Shown here piece after piece: positions 12,485 to 26,697 of a stretch of DNA of 45,369 bases; position 1 is the first letter of the stretch, and each line of letters begins with the position of its first letter. Source of the stretch: Paraglomus brasilianum (Eukaryota); assembly GCA_910592345.1 (NCBI GenBank), contig CAJVPI010000178.1:1-45369 (forward strand), written 5' to 3'. The notes beneath the pieces are model-generated. The model saw only the letters and a list, made by a program, of their open reading frames with translations, was not told the origin of the DNA and searched no databases. Position numbers and translations under genes: made by a program.

Positions 12485-13975
12485 ATGGGTTGTTGTATGA
12501 GCCAAGAAGAAAAGGAAGGCAGACGCAAGAACGATGAGATTGAAAGTCAACTTAGGCGAGACAAGATGTTAATGCGAAATGAGGTCAAAATGCTTTTGCT
12601 TGGTATGTTTAATTGCTGGGAACAGATGAAGAGGGAGGTGGTAGAAGAACGAAAGCGTAGGAGAGTGTAGGTGTTTCGGGAATAATGAACTCGAGACATG
12701 CAAGAATAAAAAGTGATATATAGCGTACAGTTTAGCATTATGTAAGAACAATAGACCCCAAACTCCATCAAAACTCCTTCATACTTTAAACCTTTGTATT
12801 TATTCATAGTATTATGCTTAACTATTATCTCTTTGGAGAAAACATTAGCTCCCAACTTAAACGCCAACTAACTTATTCACCTTCTTTGATTTGCTTCCAT
12901 GTTCGGTTTATAGGCGCCGGCGAATCAGGCAAATCTACCATTCTTAAACAAATGAAGCTAATTCATGACGGTGGTTATTCCGTAGAGGAAAAGGAATCCT
13001 TCAAAGAAATTATCTTCTCCAATACTGTTCAATCAATGCGAGTAATTCTCGAAGCCATGGAAACAAAGGGCATTCCGCTCCGCAACGATTCTAACAAGCA
13101 CCATGCAGCAGTCATCCTCAACCTTCCATCCCAGATCGAAGGCGACCACCTTCCGCCCGATGTCTCTGCCGCAATAAAAACACTATGGACGGATGCTGGT
13201 GTCCAGTCATGCTTTGGTCGTAGTCGGGAATACCAATTGAACGACTCGGCAAAATATTATTTTGATAGTATCGATAGGATCGCTCAACCGGATTACATGC
13301 CGACCGATCAGGATGTATTACGATCTCGTGTCAAAACTACAGGTATCACAGAGACAACATTTATAATTGGAGAGTTGACATACAGAATGTTTGATGTCGG
13401 TGGTCAAAGAAGCGAGAGGAAAAAGTGGATCCATTGTTTCGAAAACGTCACGGCTATTGTATTCTTGGTTGCCATTTCGGAATATGATCAATTGCTTTTG
13501 GAAGATGAGACTGTGGTATGTGTTATGAAGGGAGATTGGCAGTCGTAAGGATGGATAAGGCGTTAAAAATCTGTACCGTCATGTCGAGTCATTTCAGGTT
13601 ACTCATTAATATATCCCTTTTCTTCTTTTGCAGAACCGTATGCAAGAAGCATTAACGCTCTTTGACTCAATTTGCAACTCCCGGTGGTTTGTAAAAACAT
13701 CAATCATTCTCTTCCTTAACAAGATTGACCGCTTCAGAGAAAAACTTCCCATATCCCCCATGAACAAATATTTCCCCGACTACGAGGGTGGTAATAACTA
13801 TGATCTTGCATGCGAGTATATTCTCAACCGATTTGTGTCGTTGAACCAGAGCGACGTTAAGCAAATTTATACACACTTTACCTGTGCCACGGATACTCAG
13901 CAGATCAAGTTTGTTATGGCCGCAGTAAATGATATTATTATCCAGGCCAACTTAAGAGATTGTGGTTTATTATAA
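12485..13975 (+). CDS. fadA: Heterotrimeric G-protein alpha subunit, fungal group I (FadA/GNA-1 type), 353 aa
   Basis: Exons 12485-12602, 12914-13515 and 13634-13975 (1062 nt, GT-AG introns). MGCCMS myristoylation/palmitoylation site; [30 protein letters not shown] and TCAT motifs; C-terminal DCGLL. Confidence 0.97.
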
Positions 13976-16723
13976 AAAGCGGGGTACACATTAGTTTGAA
14001 AAGGATGGGATGGGTGGGTGGTGAGGAGTTGAAAAGTGGGAGATAGAGACGGTGTTGAATATTTTAAGTTTAGAGACACTCTGACTTTTTTAAATGCGAT
14101 CATTGAACTGGGCTTTCGATTCGATCTTTTCCATTTATTTATCTTCTAGAGATTGAACTTGATCACTGGATTATTACTCACGGTAGTTTTGTAATTAAGC
14201 AACTTGTCTAATGTTTTCTCGCTTATCATAATATGTGCTTTCTCTTTTTTTCCCTTCTCTGGAAAAACTTTGAATGCTATCTCTACAACAATAAGAATGA
14301 CCGAATTTCTCGGTCAATTGTCGTTAATCGCGATCAACAGATAACTAATCTTGTTCTAGATTAGATTTGCCCGACTGGCTGGTTACCGTTTAATATCTTA
14401 TCTGTTGCGATTAGCGTAATTTTTTTTCTATTTTTTCCTATTTATCCTATTTGATATTTCCATTAATTCCATCTTGTACTCAAAAGTACTTTCTTTTGTC
14501 CCTTCCTTCTTGTGTATTATTAGTTTACTATTTCTTCTGCCGATCAATGAAAATAAAATGTATGGTATCAACAGAAGATTGCAAAAAGAGATTGAATGAC
14601 AATAGAATATGGCAAAAGAGTTCTCTCTACAATTGTCCCGCTTCTATCTATAACAATATATTCAGTTTTAGTTAGCTCGTAATCCTACTTACAATATCTT
14701 ATTAGGTATTATTCTGAACTTCCATCGGGGTATCCGTTTTAGGTTCGTCTGATGATCCCTCCTATATATTAAAAAGGGATAGGCTGCAACAAAATGAGCT
14801 CGTTGTGTACCAACTTGGTATGACAGATTGTACAATTACACAATAAGGATACCAACATTCTCAATACGACTACTTATTTTTGCTGTAACGCAAAATAAAT
14901 TAAAGATTATGATGACTTTGCACACATGCGTTCATTTGATGACAAACTGTATTAAATATGGCAACTCTTGGCAGGTAAGATTGTCCCAAAATTTGGAAAT
15001 GTGTGTGTAAATAATGTTCTTTGACAAGCTAAATCGGTACAAGATTGCAAAAGATAGTTATCGTTTTCAATAGCCGATAATGGACTCTCTTCACAAGTCC
15101 AGCGGCAAATCTTCACTCTGGGGGGGGGGGGGCTCTTATGCAAGCCAGTTTACCGACAATCGGTCTTGTGAAAACATAAAGATTTGTTGCTGTTCTCATA
15201 CTGAGGACAGAATAACAAGTTTGCTTGACAGGCGCAGTTATAGCAATCAATGTAATATAAACGAATCTTTTGTATACGCCTTGATTCAAAGACAATTACA
15301 TAGCTTTGTCAAGAAACTTGTTTCGAACCGGTAGAATTTACTTGAAACATCTGATAAAATAATGGGTTTACCACATGTACATTTAGACAATCGATAATGA
15401 AAAACGCAAATGGCATTAACAAATGATTAAATTTATTAATGGTTGCCATTAAAATTTAAAAAATAAGTTTCATTTATAACCATTACGGAATTTTGTAGTC
15501 TGAACCCAATAAATAACATTCTATTCATTTTCGCACTGTACAATACCAACGATGACGGTGATCTCCTTTGTTTCATCTTTAAACTTAATTAATTAATTAA
15601 TACGCTTGAGCCATCCATATTAATATTTCTATTGATCGCCAAAGCTGTGCAGTTCCCCGTGCTCAATTATATTTCGTGTTAAAAAAAAACCTATCTATGT
15701 GGAACGAACGTCTGCGTAGTGGTGTATACAGAAAGAGAATACTCTTACTTGTTCGACTGTTGATGGGTCAAATGTGTTTCGATGTACTGTAACGTAAATT
15801 TAAATCCGGTGTATTTCAATCAACAGGGAAATCGGAAATCATATGGCTTCCCTTTTTGATATGATTAATTAAAAGAAGGTACTACCCGTCAAATGAGATA
15901 TTGTGTTGCGGAATAGCTTGGAACATCAGGATTATCCTAACCCACCGAAAATGCCAAACATCGATGGACTGAAACACCCAGTTTTTTCGGTAGGAATGTT
16001 CCGCGGAAATATCATTTCTGTCATTAATATTGGTATCTACTCGCCAAGTCGTCGAATACGCCACGATTGCCATGCGCAACAAATATACGTTATCATCGAT
16101 GAGCGGAAAATTATAATGTGATAAACGCTTTGCTACAAGCGTTCAATCCAAGATAGAAGAAAGAACTTTTTTAGAAGCTCGATGAATTCTTTTAGTAATA
16201 AGAACGATCTTTCTTACCATAAGGGTTTTGGACCCTGGCAGTGTGTTAATAGTATTGGTTAAGTGAACAATATAGTTTTCTGGTTCACATGGTTACCATG
16301 TGACGTACAAAAATCAATACATGGCATATTAAAACAATTTAATTATAAACAAAGTTCCAATAATTGTGATTAGGGTTTAACAATGTCACCTAAGAAATGC
16401 GAGAAAAAAACAACAACAAACAAATAGTAATTTAGTGATTATTACTTGGACAGATATGCGCTCTCCCTACCAAAAGTCTATGGCAGCTCAATGCTAGCGA
16501 ATAAGTCCCTATTAAATGCACTGGTTAAACGGCTGATTGGATATCAATATTTGGGTAAGAGTTAATATGAGAGAGTGTCTTTAAAGCACAACTCGCAGAT
16601 GTACCTCTCATTTAGTACAGATCTGGTCGAACGTCAAAGCGTTTGTTTTATTCACTGAAGAGCGGGAAGAACGTGTAGTTCAGTTATTTGATGGTGCCAA
16701 GTGCGCAAATCACAGAATAAAAC

Positions 16724-16869
16724 TGTTGTACCTCAGTTGGGGACCTGTCTCAGTTTTGGAAGGCAACTGAGTTCTGGACTGAGTGCCTGGGTTCGGAACT
16801 GAGACAACTGGGTTCTGGACTGAGCGACTGGGTTTAGAACTGAGACAGGTCCCGAATTCAGACGCAACA
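16724..16869. mobile_element. TGTTG...CAACA MITE, family A, copy 1 (internal ~21-bp tandem repeats)
   Basis: Imperfect ~33-bp TIR with core GGGACCTGTCTCAGTT / AACTGAGACAGGTCCC and internal CTG(A/G)GTTCTGGACTGAG units. Related copies at 21902 and 35272. Confidence 0.75.
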
Positions 16870-18284
16870 GTGTGGTCGTAATTTATTTAACTCCATAAAG
16901 ATTTAATTAGCTCAGGTTGCTTGGGAAAATAAACTAAACAAATATAACAGATACATTCTTCAACGTACCAAGTTTCTTTAGCATTTGGAATCCATTTTTG
17001 TCAGATATCATAATTTGTTTGCGCGCATATGTGTGTAACTGATATTTGATAATATGCAACAACAAGAAGAAAAATGTAAGGTCGATATGCTATAATAATA
17101 ATAAGGCGTTGCGAATAGCGTTCTAATTAATTGTGAAAGAATAAATTATTAATTTTATATCGATAAAATCTTTGAGTACAAGTCAGTTTATTTAACCATT
17201 ATTTTTTCATTTATCGGGTTAGAATTTTATTTAGAACAAGAATTAGAAAATTCATTTCAGACATCAAGCCGGACAGCCTGCATATTTGTACCCAATGCAT
17301 TAATTGAGAACCTAATAATAAGCTTTATTAAAAACGCGAAAGAAATCATTAACCTATCGCTATGTCGGGTCACATGTCAAGAGGCAAGTTGAATAAATTA
17401 ATGTTACGGATCAAGTATAAATACGTATGCTATTGATAATTTCTTGTAAAATGATAAACCATAGAGTTTGCATCGATTAATTATCATGCTACGACGATAG
17501 CGATAAAAACCAAAATTAAGTATTTTTTGGAAGAAGTTTTCGTCATAAATATATATTATGAATATAAAAGTTTTTTTGAGTTATTTTTTGTGATTGTGGT
17601 ATGCCTTTTATCCTAATTGGTAGTTATTTTAATTTGGGTGTTTACACTTCGAGAAACGAAAAGGTGGAAACAAGCGATTACAGATAAACACACATTATTA
17701 CGACTAAGTAACTACGTTTTTTTAACAGACGTCCATTAATCAGCAAAATCTTAGTGAAGACTTGTGTTGGCGAATATTATTACCTGAATCCATTCATTTG
17801 AGGTGTTTTCGTTTTCGTTTTCAAAAAAAAAAGGTTTGTTTGATAAATTTACAATCTACTATAATGTCTAATAGTAATATAAATGTTTCGAACTTAGAGC
17901 TGCGAAATGACCATCATCCTGAATTACTCTATCTCAGTACTGCTGTTGTTGTCTGTTCATCTAGTAATAACAAAGAAATATGAGTATTGCATTATCATAA
18001 TTGACCATTGAAGAACGTTCACAGCAGGCCGTCTATCGTGCGTCAGGGATACCTCAGAAGCGCTTTTAATTCAAATGGTCAAGGAAGGAAGTCGAACTTC
18101 CAAACCAAACCAACCAGCACCAATGTACTGGCATTTTGGCACAGTAACAGCAAATTGTTCGTAAATATACGACTTAGCCTGCCCCAAAATACGACGTGGC
18201 TCGACCGATCTTTATTCAGTTACTTAACAACCACTCAGCCTCAATCTAAGAGCCCAAAATCCTCTTCAAAGATTCTTAGGAATA

Positions 18285-18540
18285 GTGCGGAATACGGAGT
18301 GGCGACAAACGGTTGTTCGCTGTATATTTGAGTGACGTTATATTTGCGCTTTGAAAGCGAACGTGCGACAAAGTCTGTTGCGTCGTATATTTAGAACTCT
18401 TTCGTCGGTTATGTGTCGACAAACCGTGTCGTTTTCAAAAACTTGTTCGTGAGTTGTAGCAAAGTGTCGTACGTATGTGCGTAATATGGGGTGGCGACAA
18501 GGTTTGTTGCATGTGTATTTATAACATTGTATTTGTGCTA
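18285..18540. repeat. Degenerate repeat cluster (GTGCGTAATATGG..GCGACAAA motif), partly duplicated at 19241-19336
   Basis: Four (G/T)CGACAA(A/G) units. TGTTCGTGAGTTGT...ATGTGCGTAATATGG occurs at 18444 and again at 19241. Confidence 0.55.
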
Positions 18541-19390
18541 TATGTATGAGTAGACGCGTTAGACATCATTCCAATGATATTATTATACTTGTGCAGTAAG
18601 AAGATTATCGATAGCAGAACGTACCTTAAGAGTAATGTATTTACTGAGCGAATTAATACTTATTAACGACTTGGTCGTTTCATAACGAGGCCAAGTATCA
18701 TGTGATTACCCGCATGGCTCCTAAATAATATCTAGAGACAAGGAGAGTTATACTAATTACTTATAATAGCAAGTTACCCCAAAATAATAAATCCAATCAG
18801 ACAGTCAACTAGTTTAGTCTATGCAGACTAAAAGAGTTAAAAACATGCAATCATACAATCTTATCAACGACAGTCATTCGATAGAAGGAAGTCAACATAT
18901 ATCAAAGTACTAATCATAGCCCAACTGCCCGCATCGCAATGTGTACGTACAATACAGAGGCTTTGCAAGCAGAAAAAGTAGAGAAAATACCCGTTTTACA
19001 TTGCAGACTGACCACACGGCTACAGAACAAGCTGAAGTGAAGGCAATACATTACTCTCCAGAAAGCAGAGCGTTGTATTATGTCATTGCAGAGATATTCT
19101 CATTTAATTAATCTAAACCCACCCTAATATCAATTAGCACACACCCGCCTTTGGAAAAACACGCGAGGATTTCTGAGTATGATAGCCATTATTGCCCTTC
19201 TTTTTATGTGGAGCATTCTTGTACGCTCTCCAGATCGTTCTGTTCGTGAGTTGTGGCAACTGTCATATGTGCGTAATATGGTGTAGTAGCAGCAAAGGGC
19301 GTGATAAACTGTCGTATGTGCGTAATATGGAGTAGTAAGCTCAACACACTTCTATTTGCTGAAACAAATTAGCGTTTGATATATGAGAAG

Positions 19391-20238
19391 TGTCGAGCCA
19401 AATGTCACGGGAGAGCGGAATGACACGTGACTCGTAAGGATTTAACTTTCTTCGAACGGAGCGTAGCGCTTCCTACTATAAGTTTAACCAGACTGAGCAG
19501 TTAGTAACCTTTCGTTTAGGCTTTTACGCTGACGGCACCTCCATTTGCCGGATCGCGACACTAAATCCTAGATAGTTAATTGCACTCGAGATAATTAGTA
19601 ACGACTATCTGCCGATGGATTCTTTCGACAGCCTGTCCGTTATAAAATACACCTAGTTATTAACGCGTTATACTCAACAATTAATTATCTTAATTCGCTA
19701 CTTAGATAATCGAAGGACAAGAATCGATTATCCTTTTCCGATATAGGGATTAGTGATTTAACTATATCGAATAATTTAGGGATATTGGTATACGTAAATT
19801 AGTTTATGATCAGAGTAAATGCGATACTCGTTTATTGATAAGATATTAAAGGAATCGGATAATAATATTAAATGGAACTTTTAAACATTCAAAACACGGA
19901 AACACACTGAAACTAGCCGACTCCTACGCTGCTTTTATATCTTCTGAGCTATTAATTGTCCCATTTTTAGCAACGTTATTCTGAGCTACGATTATTGGTT
20001 TGTTAAATTTCTCACTAAGTAATCGCCTTCAGCTATTAAATTTTTAACAGCATGTTTAAAATTTAACACTGTTACGCCAAGGATCTGCGTTAGAAGTTTA
20101 ACACATTGTTGTACAGTTGTGCTTGTTGAAAAATTAACACTTTGTAGTAGTAGGCTGTGCCACACATGTCGATCGGTTACCATCGGAGTTGCGCAGAAAT
20201 CTAGGAGGAATACGTCACTAAAATTCGCCGTTACGACA
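19391..20238 (-). mobile_element. Solo LTR (848 bp), Ty3/Gypsy-like, 4-bp TSD GAAG
   Basis: TGTCG...CGACA termini; GAAG at 19387-19390 and 20239-20242. Minus-strand TATAAAAG (~19939) followed by AATAAA (~19836). No coding capacity seen. Confidence 0.8.
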
Positions 20239-20268
20239 GAAGCATGAAATTGAGTATATGATACATTA

Positions 20269-20606
20269 GGGTCCGGTTCATTTCATCGACAATCATTTCG
20301 CCGACAGTACGTTTCACCGACATAAATTTCATCGAAAACCAATGATAAGTGCGATAAACAATGTGTCACGTGAAATGACTGTCGGTGAAGTGTACTGTCG
20401 ATGAAATGATTGTCGATGAAATAAATGCCTCCCGATACATTATGGTTAACGTATATGCATGCATTATTATAGTCTTGATAATAAATAATAAAATACGTTG
20501 CCTTCATTAATTATTCAATTCCAATTTGACATATGTCAATTCTAGATTGACATAAATTCCAAATTGACATACAATAAAGTGATTGTCAGGGAAATGAACG
20601 GATCCC
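20269..20606. mobile_element. GGG-ended Mutator/hAT-like MITE (family B) with subterminal CATTTC..CGAC repeats
   Basis: GGGTCCGGTTCATTTC left end and GAAATGAACGGATCCC right end, with inverted subterminal arrays. Contains a (TTGACATA)n segment shared with 35947-36045. Confidence 0.75.
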
Positions 20607-21901
20607 AAACTAACTCTAATTTTTTCTTCCTTCCCTTTCTTTCTTCCTTGGTGGAGTTTCTGGGTAATCAAATCCAATTGGACGCTTGATGGATGTGGAA
20701 AGGTCTGAGGTACCGATTTGGTAGCCTCTTAGCTATTTGTGAAGAAACTGATGCACACCAGTTTGGATGCAATAGTTGTTGTTGTTTATCTATCGTTTAT
20801 TTATATGTCTATTTGTTTATCTAATGTAAATACTGTAATTTACCTAATTATAATGTAACAGTATTTGCTGCTACAGTAATTTGTACTTAATTTATGATAG
20901 TGTATTATGGTATTTAAATGTAATTCAATTGATAATATTGAGACGTTACAAAAAATTGAAAAGAATAAGCTGAGAGAAAAGAGCTGGCAAAATTTTTTTT
21001 TTACTTATATTAAGTTACTATTGTTAAATTCAGTATGCTCTTAAAATTAATAAATTTTTTATTTGCTAAGAGTCAAACACGACTCTGAACGTAGTATACA
21101 ACGCAGTGTGTTTTACCAAAGGCTTGCTCTAACGTTGAAAAAACAATTACAGAGGCAGACTGGAATAAGTCGGCTGCTTTCTGATGCCTTATTGCGTTGA
21201 TCAACTTATCGTAAATTACATAATTAATATTAGTATTATAAGAGCACGAACCTCTCCAATACAGTTATTGTCGAGCCGACCGAAAGACTCAATTCGTATT
21301 AATATTGCAAAGCGATATTCAATGAATATAGCCTCTCCGTAAAAGACTTTAAGTATTGTAAATATTACAGATAAATTGAAACACTAAAACACGTCGGGTA
21401 AACAATAAGATGCTACGATTTCAAATCGCATATTTATTTGCTAGTTTTTCGACATTATCACAATATACTGTATATGATCGTGCAACGTCAATTGGACAAA
21501 AAAATATAACATTTAAATCTTCTCCAAGGAATTGTTAAAGACTTAAATTGTTTCCATAATTTGTGCGCAAACTAAATGATCTTTGTTGAAGAACTATCTT
21601 CGATACTTGATCTCTAGTCAGACTACTCGGACTGGCAAATTTTGTCAACTGTTTGCTTCTTTACAGAAAGAATTTACTAAATATATCCCAATATCATATC
21701 CCCCAGCTAAAACAATTTAAAGTTTTTAGTCGATATAAATGTTACTACTGCCGTGTCATGTAGTAAAGTAAGTAGTGTAAACCAAATTGTCATCCTGTAT
21801 AATCAATGTCTTTATCACGTATAATTTAAGCAAGGAATGAGTCTTATGGTCCAGTCTTAAAGTAAAAATAACCTCTAAAAAAATATATGATTGCTAGCAT
21901 G

Positions 21902-22043
21902 TGTTGTACCTCAGTTCGGGACTTGTCCCAGTTCTGGACCGAGACACCTGAAATGTCTGAGTTCTGGACTGAGACAACTGAGTTCCGGACTGAGATGATT
22001 GAGTTCTAGATTGAGATGGTCCCGAACAGATCATTACACAACA
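21902..22043. mobile_element. TGTTG...CAACA MITE, family A, copy 2
   Basis: The start TGTTGTACCTCAGTT is identical to 16724, with the same GAGTTCTGGACTGAGA tandem units. Confidence 0.75.
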
Positions 22044-22477
22044 TTTTTGCATGACCGATAACATACGTATGTATACAGCGTGTCACAAGCTATTGGATAG
22101 TCGTTTTATACCAAACCATCGTAACAGGTCAGCCAAAAATGTCAATCTGTTAATTGCTTGGTGCCTATCGAAAAGAAAATAAACCGTATACTCAAGTCCA
22201 TACAGCAAATATAGCTACTAGTTAGTTTAAAAAGCGCAAGAGATGCATATACATGAACCGGTACAAAAATGGCGAAATCGATCGCTATTACTGTCGCATC
22301 AAAGTTGTGTGCAACTCTAATCCCACCTTTTTTTCCCATAAAACATACTTGTGATCGGGGTTTGTTTATTTAGTAAAACTTTTGGGATTGGCTGACATTT
22401 AGGGGCATTATCTTTTTGCAGATGGGGATTTGAAAATGCTTGGCGTTTTTGTGAAACAAACGCTATAGGCGTAGATA

Positions 22478-23047
22478 CAGTGTGGGACAAAAAAATCCGG
22501 AATTACAAAATTACGCATTACGCAAGAATTTGAAAGCTGAAAACCAGCGTTCACCGTCACTTTCTATGACAAGCTCATGTCGGCGTTTCATTGATCGTAC
22601 TAACCCAATTAGGGTTGATTGTGGAATATCACCCCACTCATTATCGCTTTTCTTTTCTACGATACTCCTCAAGATTCTCTTGGATTTAGGTCAGGACTGT
22701 TAGAAGGCCATTCTATTACCTCAGGAATTTATCCCGAAGAAAGTTTTTTTGCGAGGTGGCTAGTATGTTGTCTTGTTGAAAACGCCATTCGTCTCCTAAC
22801 AAGGATTCAATTTCTGGAAGTTGTCTCCGGAGTATGTCAACATAGAATGTTGCATCCATTATTTCGGAGAAGCAAAGAGCTTTGTTGGACCCTTTTAGTG
22901 CAAAATTAGCAGTTCGCCGAATAAATATAAATTCTTTATCTGACAATCATTTTACAATTTCCATTGTTTAAATTGACCCAAAATTGCGGAGATATGCACG
23001 ATTGAATCTTACAGCAAAAAATTCCGTTTTTTTTTTGTCCCACACTG
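22478..23047 (-). mobile_element. Internally deleted (non-autonomous) Tc1 element, 570 bp, both TIRs and TA TSD intact
   Basis: TA|CAGTGTGGGACAAAAAAA ... TTTTTTTGTCCCACACTG|TA (18-bp perfect TIR). Minus-strand MDATFYVDIL, WRFQQDN, EWPSNSPDLNP and SMKRRHELVIESDGER. Confidence 0.92.
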
Positions 23048-23290
23048 TATATGCTCTCGGAAATAAAGTTTGAGAATAAAGTTTGAGATTTTGGTATAGT
23101 CTATATCAAATACAATGGATGTAAATCACGAATCCGCAACGTGTGAAACTATAATGTACTGGTGTCCTTTTAACGTTAACGCCCGCTTAGTAGGAGAAGT
23201 ACCACCCTAACTATATAGGAGCAAATGATATCGTTATTTTTATCAAAATTCATATACTTGCAAGAGCCGCATGTTGCTGCAAATAGACGG

Positions 23291-23853
23291 TATTACGGGG
23301 GGCTCAAGCAATATATTGTACGTGATGTGAGTACGCCCTACTTACTCATAGAAAGACATCGTGTAATATTGCATAACAGACATGTTTGCTTCAGCCGCAA
23401 TGTTGAGTTATCAAATGAGATGTCGGCACATTGATAAACCTAAATCTACCTTGTAGAACGTCCACTTTATACCATGTTGACTCCGTTTTATTGATAGAGA
23501 CTTGTACCAGGCATTTTCCTAGACAGGTTAATTTTAAAGAATAGAGACGGTTTTTTTACGAAATGTCTTATAGTGTGAGAGATAAAGCTACCAAACGAAT
23601 TAAAACTATAAACTCGATAAAAATGTCAGTGTTAATTTTTTTATAAACTAAAGCCACGAATTTGTTGTAATCAGTTGTCTTAAAATTTTTGCGAGGCTTT
23701 TAATGAACCCTCGTTGATATACAAACCATAGTACAAACTGTCTTATTTATGACAGATAAGATTCTTCGGGTACCCAATATTTCGATATTTTAAATTATCT
23801 TTATTAGTGATAAATAACATTCACCAAAACGACGTAACAGAGCCCCCGTAACA
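23291..23853. mobile_element. 563-bp element with ~14-bp TIR, T(G>A)TTAC...GTAACA ends and 4-bp TSD ACGG (solo LTR or Ginger-type MITE)
   Basis: TATTACGGGGGGCTC pairs with GAGCCCCCGTAACA; ACGG at 23287-23290 and 23854-23857. Confidence 0.7.
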
Positions 23854-25179
23854 ACGGAGAAAAAATGTCTAGATTTAGACATAGATTCACATGGATCACA
23901 AAAAAAATATTAGGTTGATGAATTAAATAGCTGTACAAAAGCACGTTGTACAGCGTATCGGAAAGAACCTTCGAAATAATAGGCGTTTATTCACGTTTGT
24001 ATTTGATACAAAGGGATCTTACCCTTTTTTTGCATAATGCTTGATGATGCAAAATCTTGGACCACAGCCTCAGTGAGCAAATATGGAATACGAAATGGGA
24101 CGTTTAAGTTTCTGTATAATTTAAAGTACTATTATTAAGTTGTTTTGCTTGAATTGTATGTAACGAGGCGCTCAATACTATTTGTCAAAGTCAATTTAAA
24201 AGTAAAGCCACTTGGACTATTTCTAACGGTAATAGCAGCATGATAGTACATACCTTGATTTGAAAAGCTAAATAGTTGATTTGTGACTGCTACATTATAA
24301 ATTGATGTTAATATTACGATCGCCATTTGTAGTCATTCGTGTAAAATTATTACTTGATAACATATCAAATAGTAGGAATCTTAAAATTTATTGTATACCT
24401 AGTTTGGGTTTCACCGGAATTTTTTTTCAATCGTTACGTTAATAATTAGTGTGCAGCAGCACACCAAGGGTCCAATGTTCCATTCGTGTAGCAAGAATTT
24501 ATTTCTATAATCTTTTTGCAGGGTACGTCAAGTTGCATAGACGGTGAGACATTAGGAACAGACTCTTTGCATTTGTTCTTCGAACGAATTTATTCAAATA
24601 GCTGGATAGTCTAAATTTAACTTGAGAAAATTGCAGGAGGCTTATGTATAAATCTCGAGGCATTTTTGTATAATGGTGATGCATTTCAAAGTCGCAAAGT
24701 AAGAAAACTGCTGATAGTAAGTTGCTACTAAAAAAAACAAGCTGTAAATCTAATGTTGTTCTCGCAAACTGATTATCATTTAACAAGATTGAAAGCTTGT
24801 ATAATTCGCGATGTATTGTAGATCGCATCTTTCTCATTTCAGGAAGACATAAATGGAGCGTGCTTTTTTTTCTTTCGATCTGGTGATTTATCCGCATCGA
24901 CAACGGGTGTATTAAAAATGGAAATGAAGCATTGTAAGTAAGGTTTATACTAACCCCTGAAAGCGACTATCTGCATCAAATTATAATTTAGCATTTATAA
25001 AACCATCTTTGACCACTCGCATCGTTTGTATCACATCTCACAAAACGAACCTTACATTTGCATATTCCTTAGCGCAGTCCATTATTTTGGAAGTTGCACA
25101 CAAAAAATCTACGCATTGCATTCCCTATATAAAGAGACAATAAACATTTCACATTTATTCCCATCGTTTTTTATACGAC

Positions 25180-26660
25180 ATGTCGTTAACCTCGCTGATC
25201 ATATCACTTTCATTCTGGGACGCTCTGACTATTCTTTGGTCTTTTGCTCTCATTTACACCATCAAATTCTACCTCTTGTATTTTACCCGCGAAAATCCAC
25301 TGCCTGGTCCACTCCCACTCCCCTTAGTAGGAAATCTCCTGCAATTAGCCACAGCTGGCGATACAAGTAGATGGGCTTTACAATGTCAAGCCAAATACGG
25401 CGACATGTGGGAAGTGTATATTGGAAGCAGCAAATACATTTGGGTGGCAAGAGCCGATTTGACTGAGAAAATTATGGATACGTCAAAAACCAGTAATTAT
25501 TTTATTCGGACGTCATCCAACAGTGGGATAGACATGTTGGGAATCTCATCAAGTGGCCTGGCATTCAATGAAGACAAAGAAAAATGGTTTTTCAATAGAA
25601 AAATTGTCGCTCAGGCTATTACCAATACAAAGTTCATAAAACAGATCACAGAATGGATTCAACAAGAGTTTGTCGAAATGGAGGGATACTTAATGGAACT
25701 CGGTTTCGACGAGAAGGCTTTTAACTGTTCTGATTGGATTAGAAGATTAGTTACGGATACAATTTTTGTAGCATCAATGAACAAGTACGCATGTACTTTG
25801 GCTTCCCTGTACAATTCTCACAACCCATCGAAACCAGCTCCGTATTCACGAGAAACAGTTGCCGAATCCGACAATTTTGTTCACGCCCTGAGGACATATT
25901 TTAGTACACTCGACTTCTTCCTGTTCATGCCTGACCTTATTCGTACCAAGACACCGTTTGGACGTCGACAAACTAAAATATACATGAACAATTTGTATTG
26001 GTTGCATGAGGCTCTGATGAAAATTATTAAAGGAAAGAAAGAGGAAATTAAGAACGAGCAGTCCGAGTTGAGGCCCGATCTCTTGACATTGTTGGCTACT
26101 GTGAACACCCCAAGAGACATGACACAAAAAATAAAAAGTACTGTCGAGGGACCCCTGACCGTTGAGGAAATTAGGACCTGCCTTCTTGATTTGCTGGTTG
26201 CAGGTATCGACACGGTATGACAATAATAATATTTAATATCAGATCTTATCGGTTTTTGTGCCACGATTCCGTATAAATGGCTTACCACAAACCCCTTTAC
26301 AAATTACAGACGTCCAACTTGATTTGTTACATACTTTATTATGTAATTAAGAATCCAGAAGTCAAGAAGCGCCTCCAAAATGAACTCGATACCATCTACG
26401 GAGCTGATCCTATTCGTCCAATAACACATGAAGATTTGAATAAATTTGTGTATATAGAAGCTGTCATCAAAGAAACTTCTCGAATATTGCCTGCTACTGC
26501 TTTAAATATTCGAACGGCCGAGAGAGATGATACCATAGGTGGATATCCGATCAAGGTGAGTCTTTATGTCTCTCATTCCATGTATGCAATAAGAGTAACA
26601 CAGTATGGCATGCATTCTTTCGTACGATATTTTATCCTTTTGTTCTCAACTTTTAACTGG

Positions 26661-26697
<37 letters not shown>

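Noticed and set aside
16760..16850. ~21-bp repeats (also at 21940-22020) superficially like a CRISPR array
   Set aside because: Units are contiguous without unique spacers, lie inside TIRs, and no cas genes are present.
24505..24903. 132-aa minus-strand ORF
   Set aside because: Non-ATG start, no motif, composition typical of random AT-rich sequence.
25846..26288. Antisense ORFs of 125 and 135 aa
   Set aside because: Shadows of the P450 coding strand.
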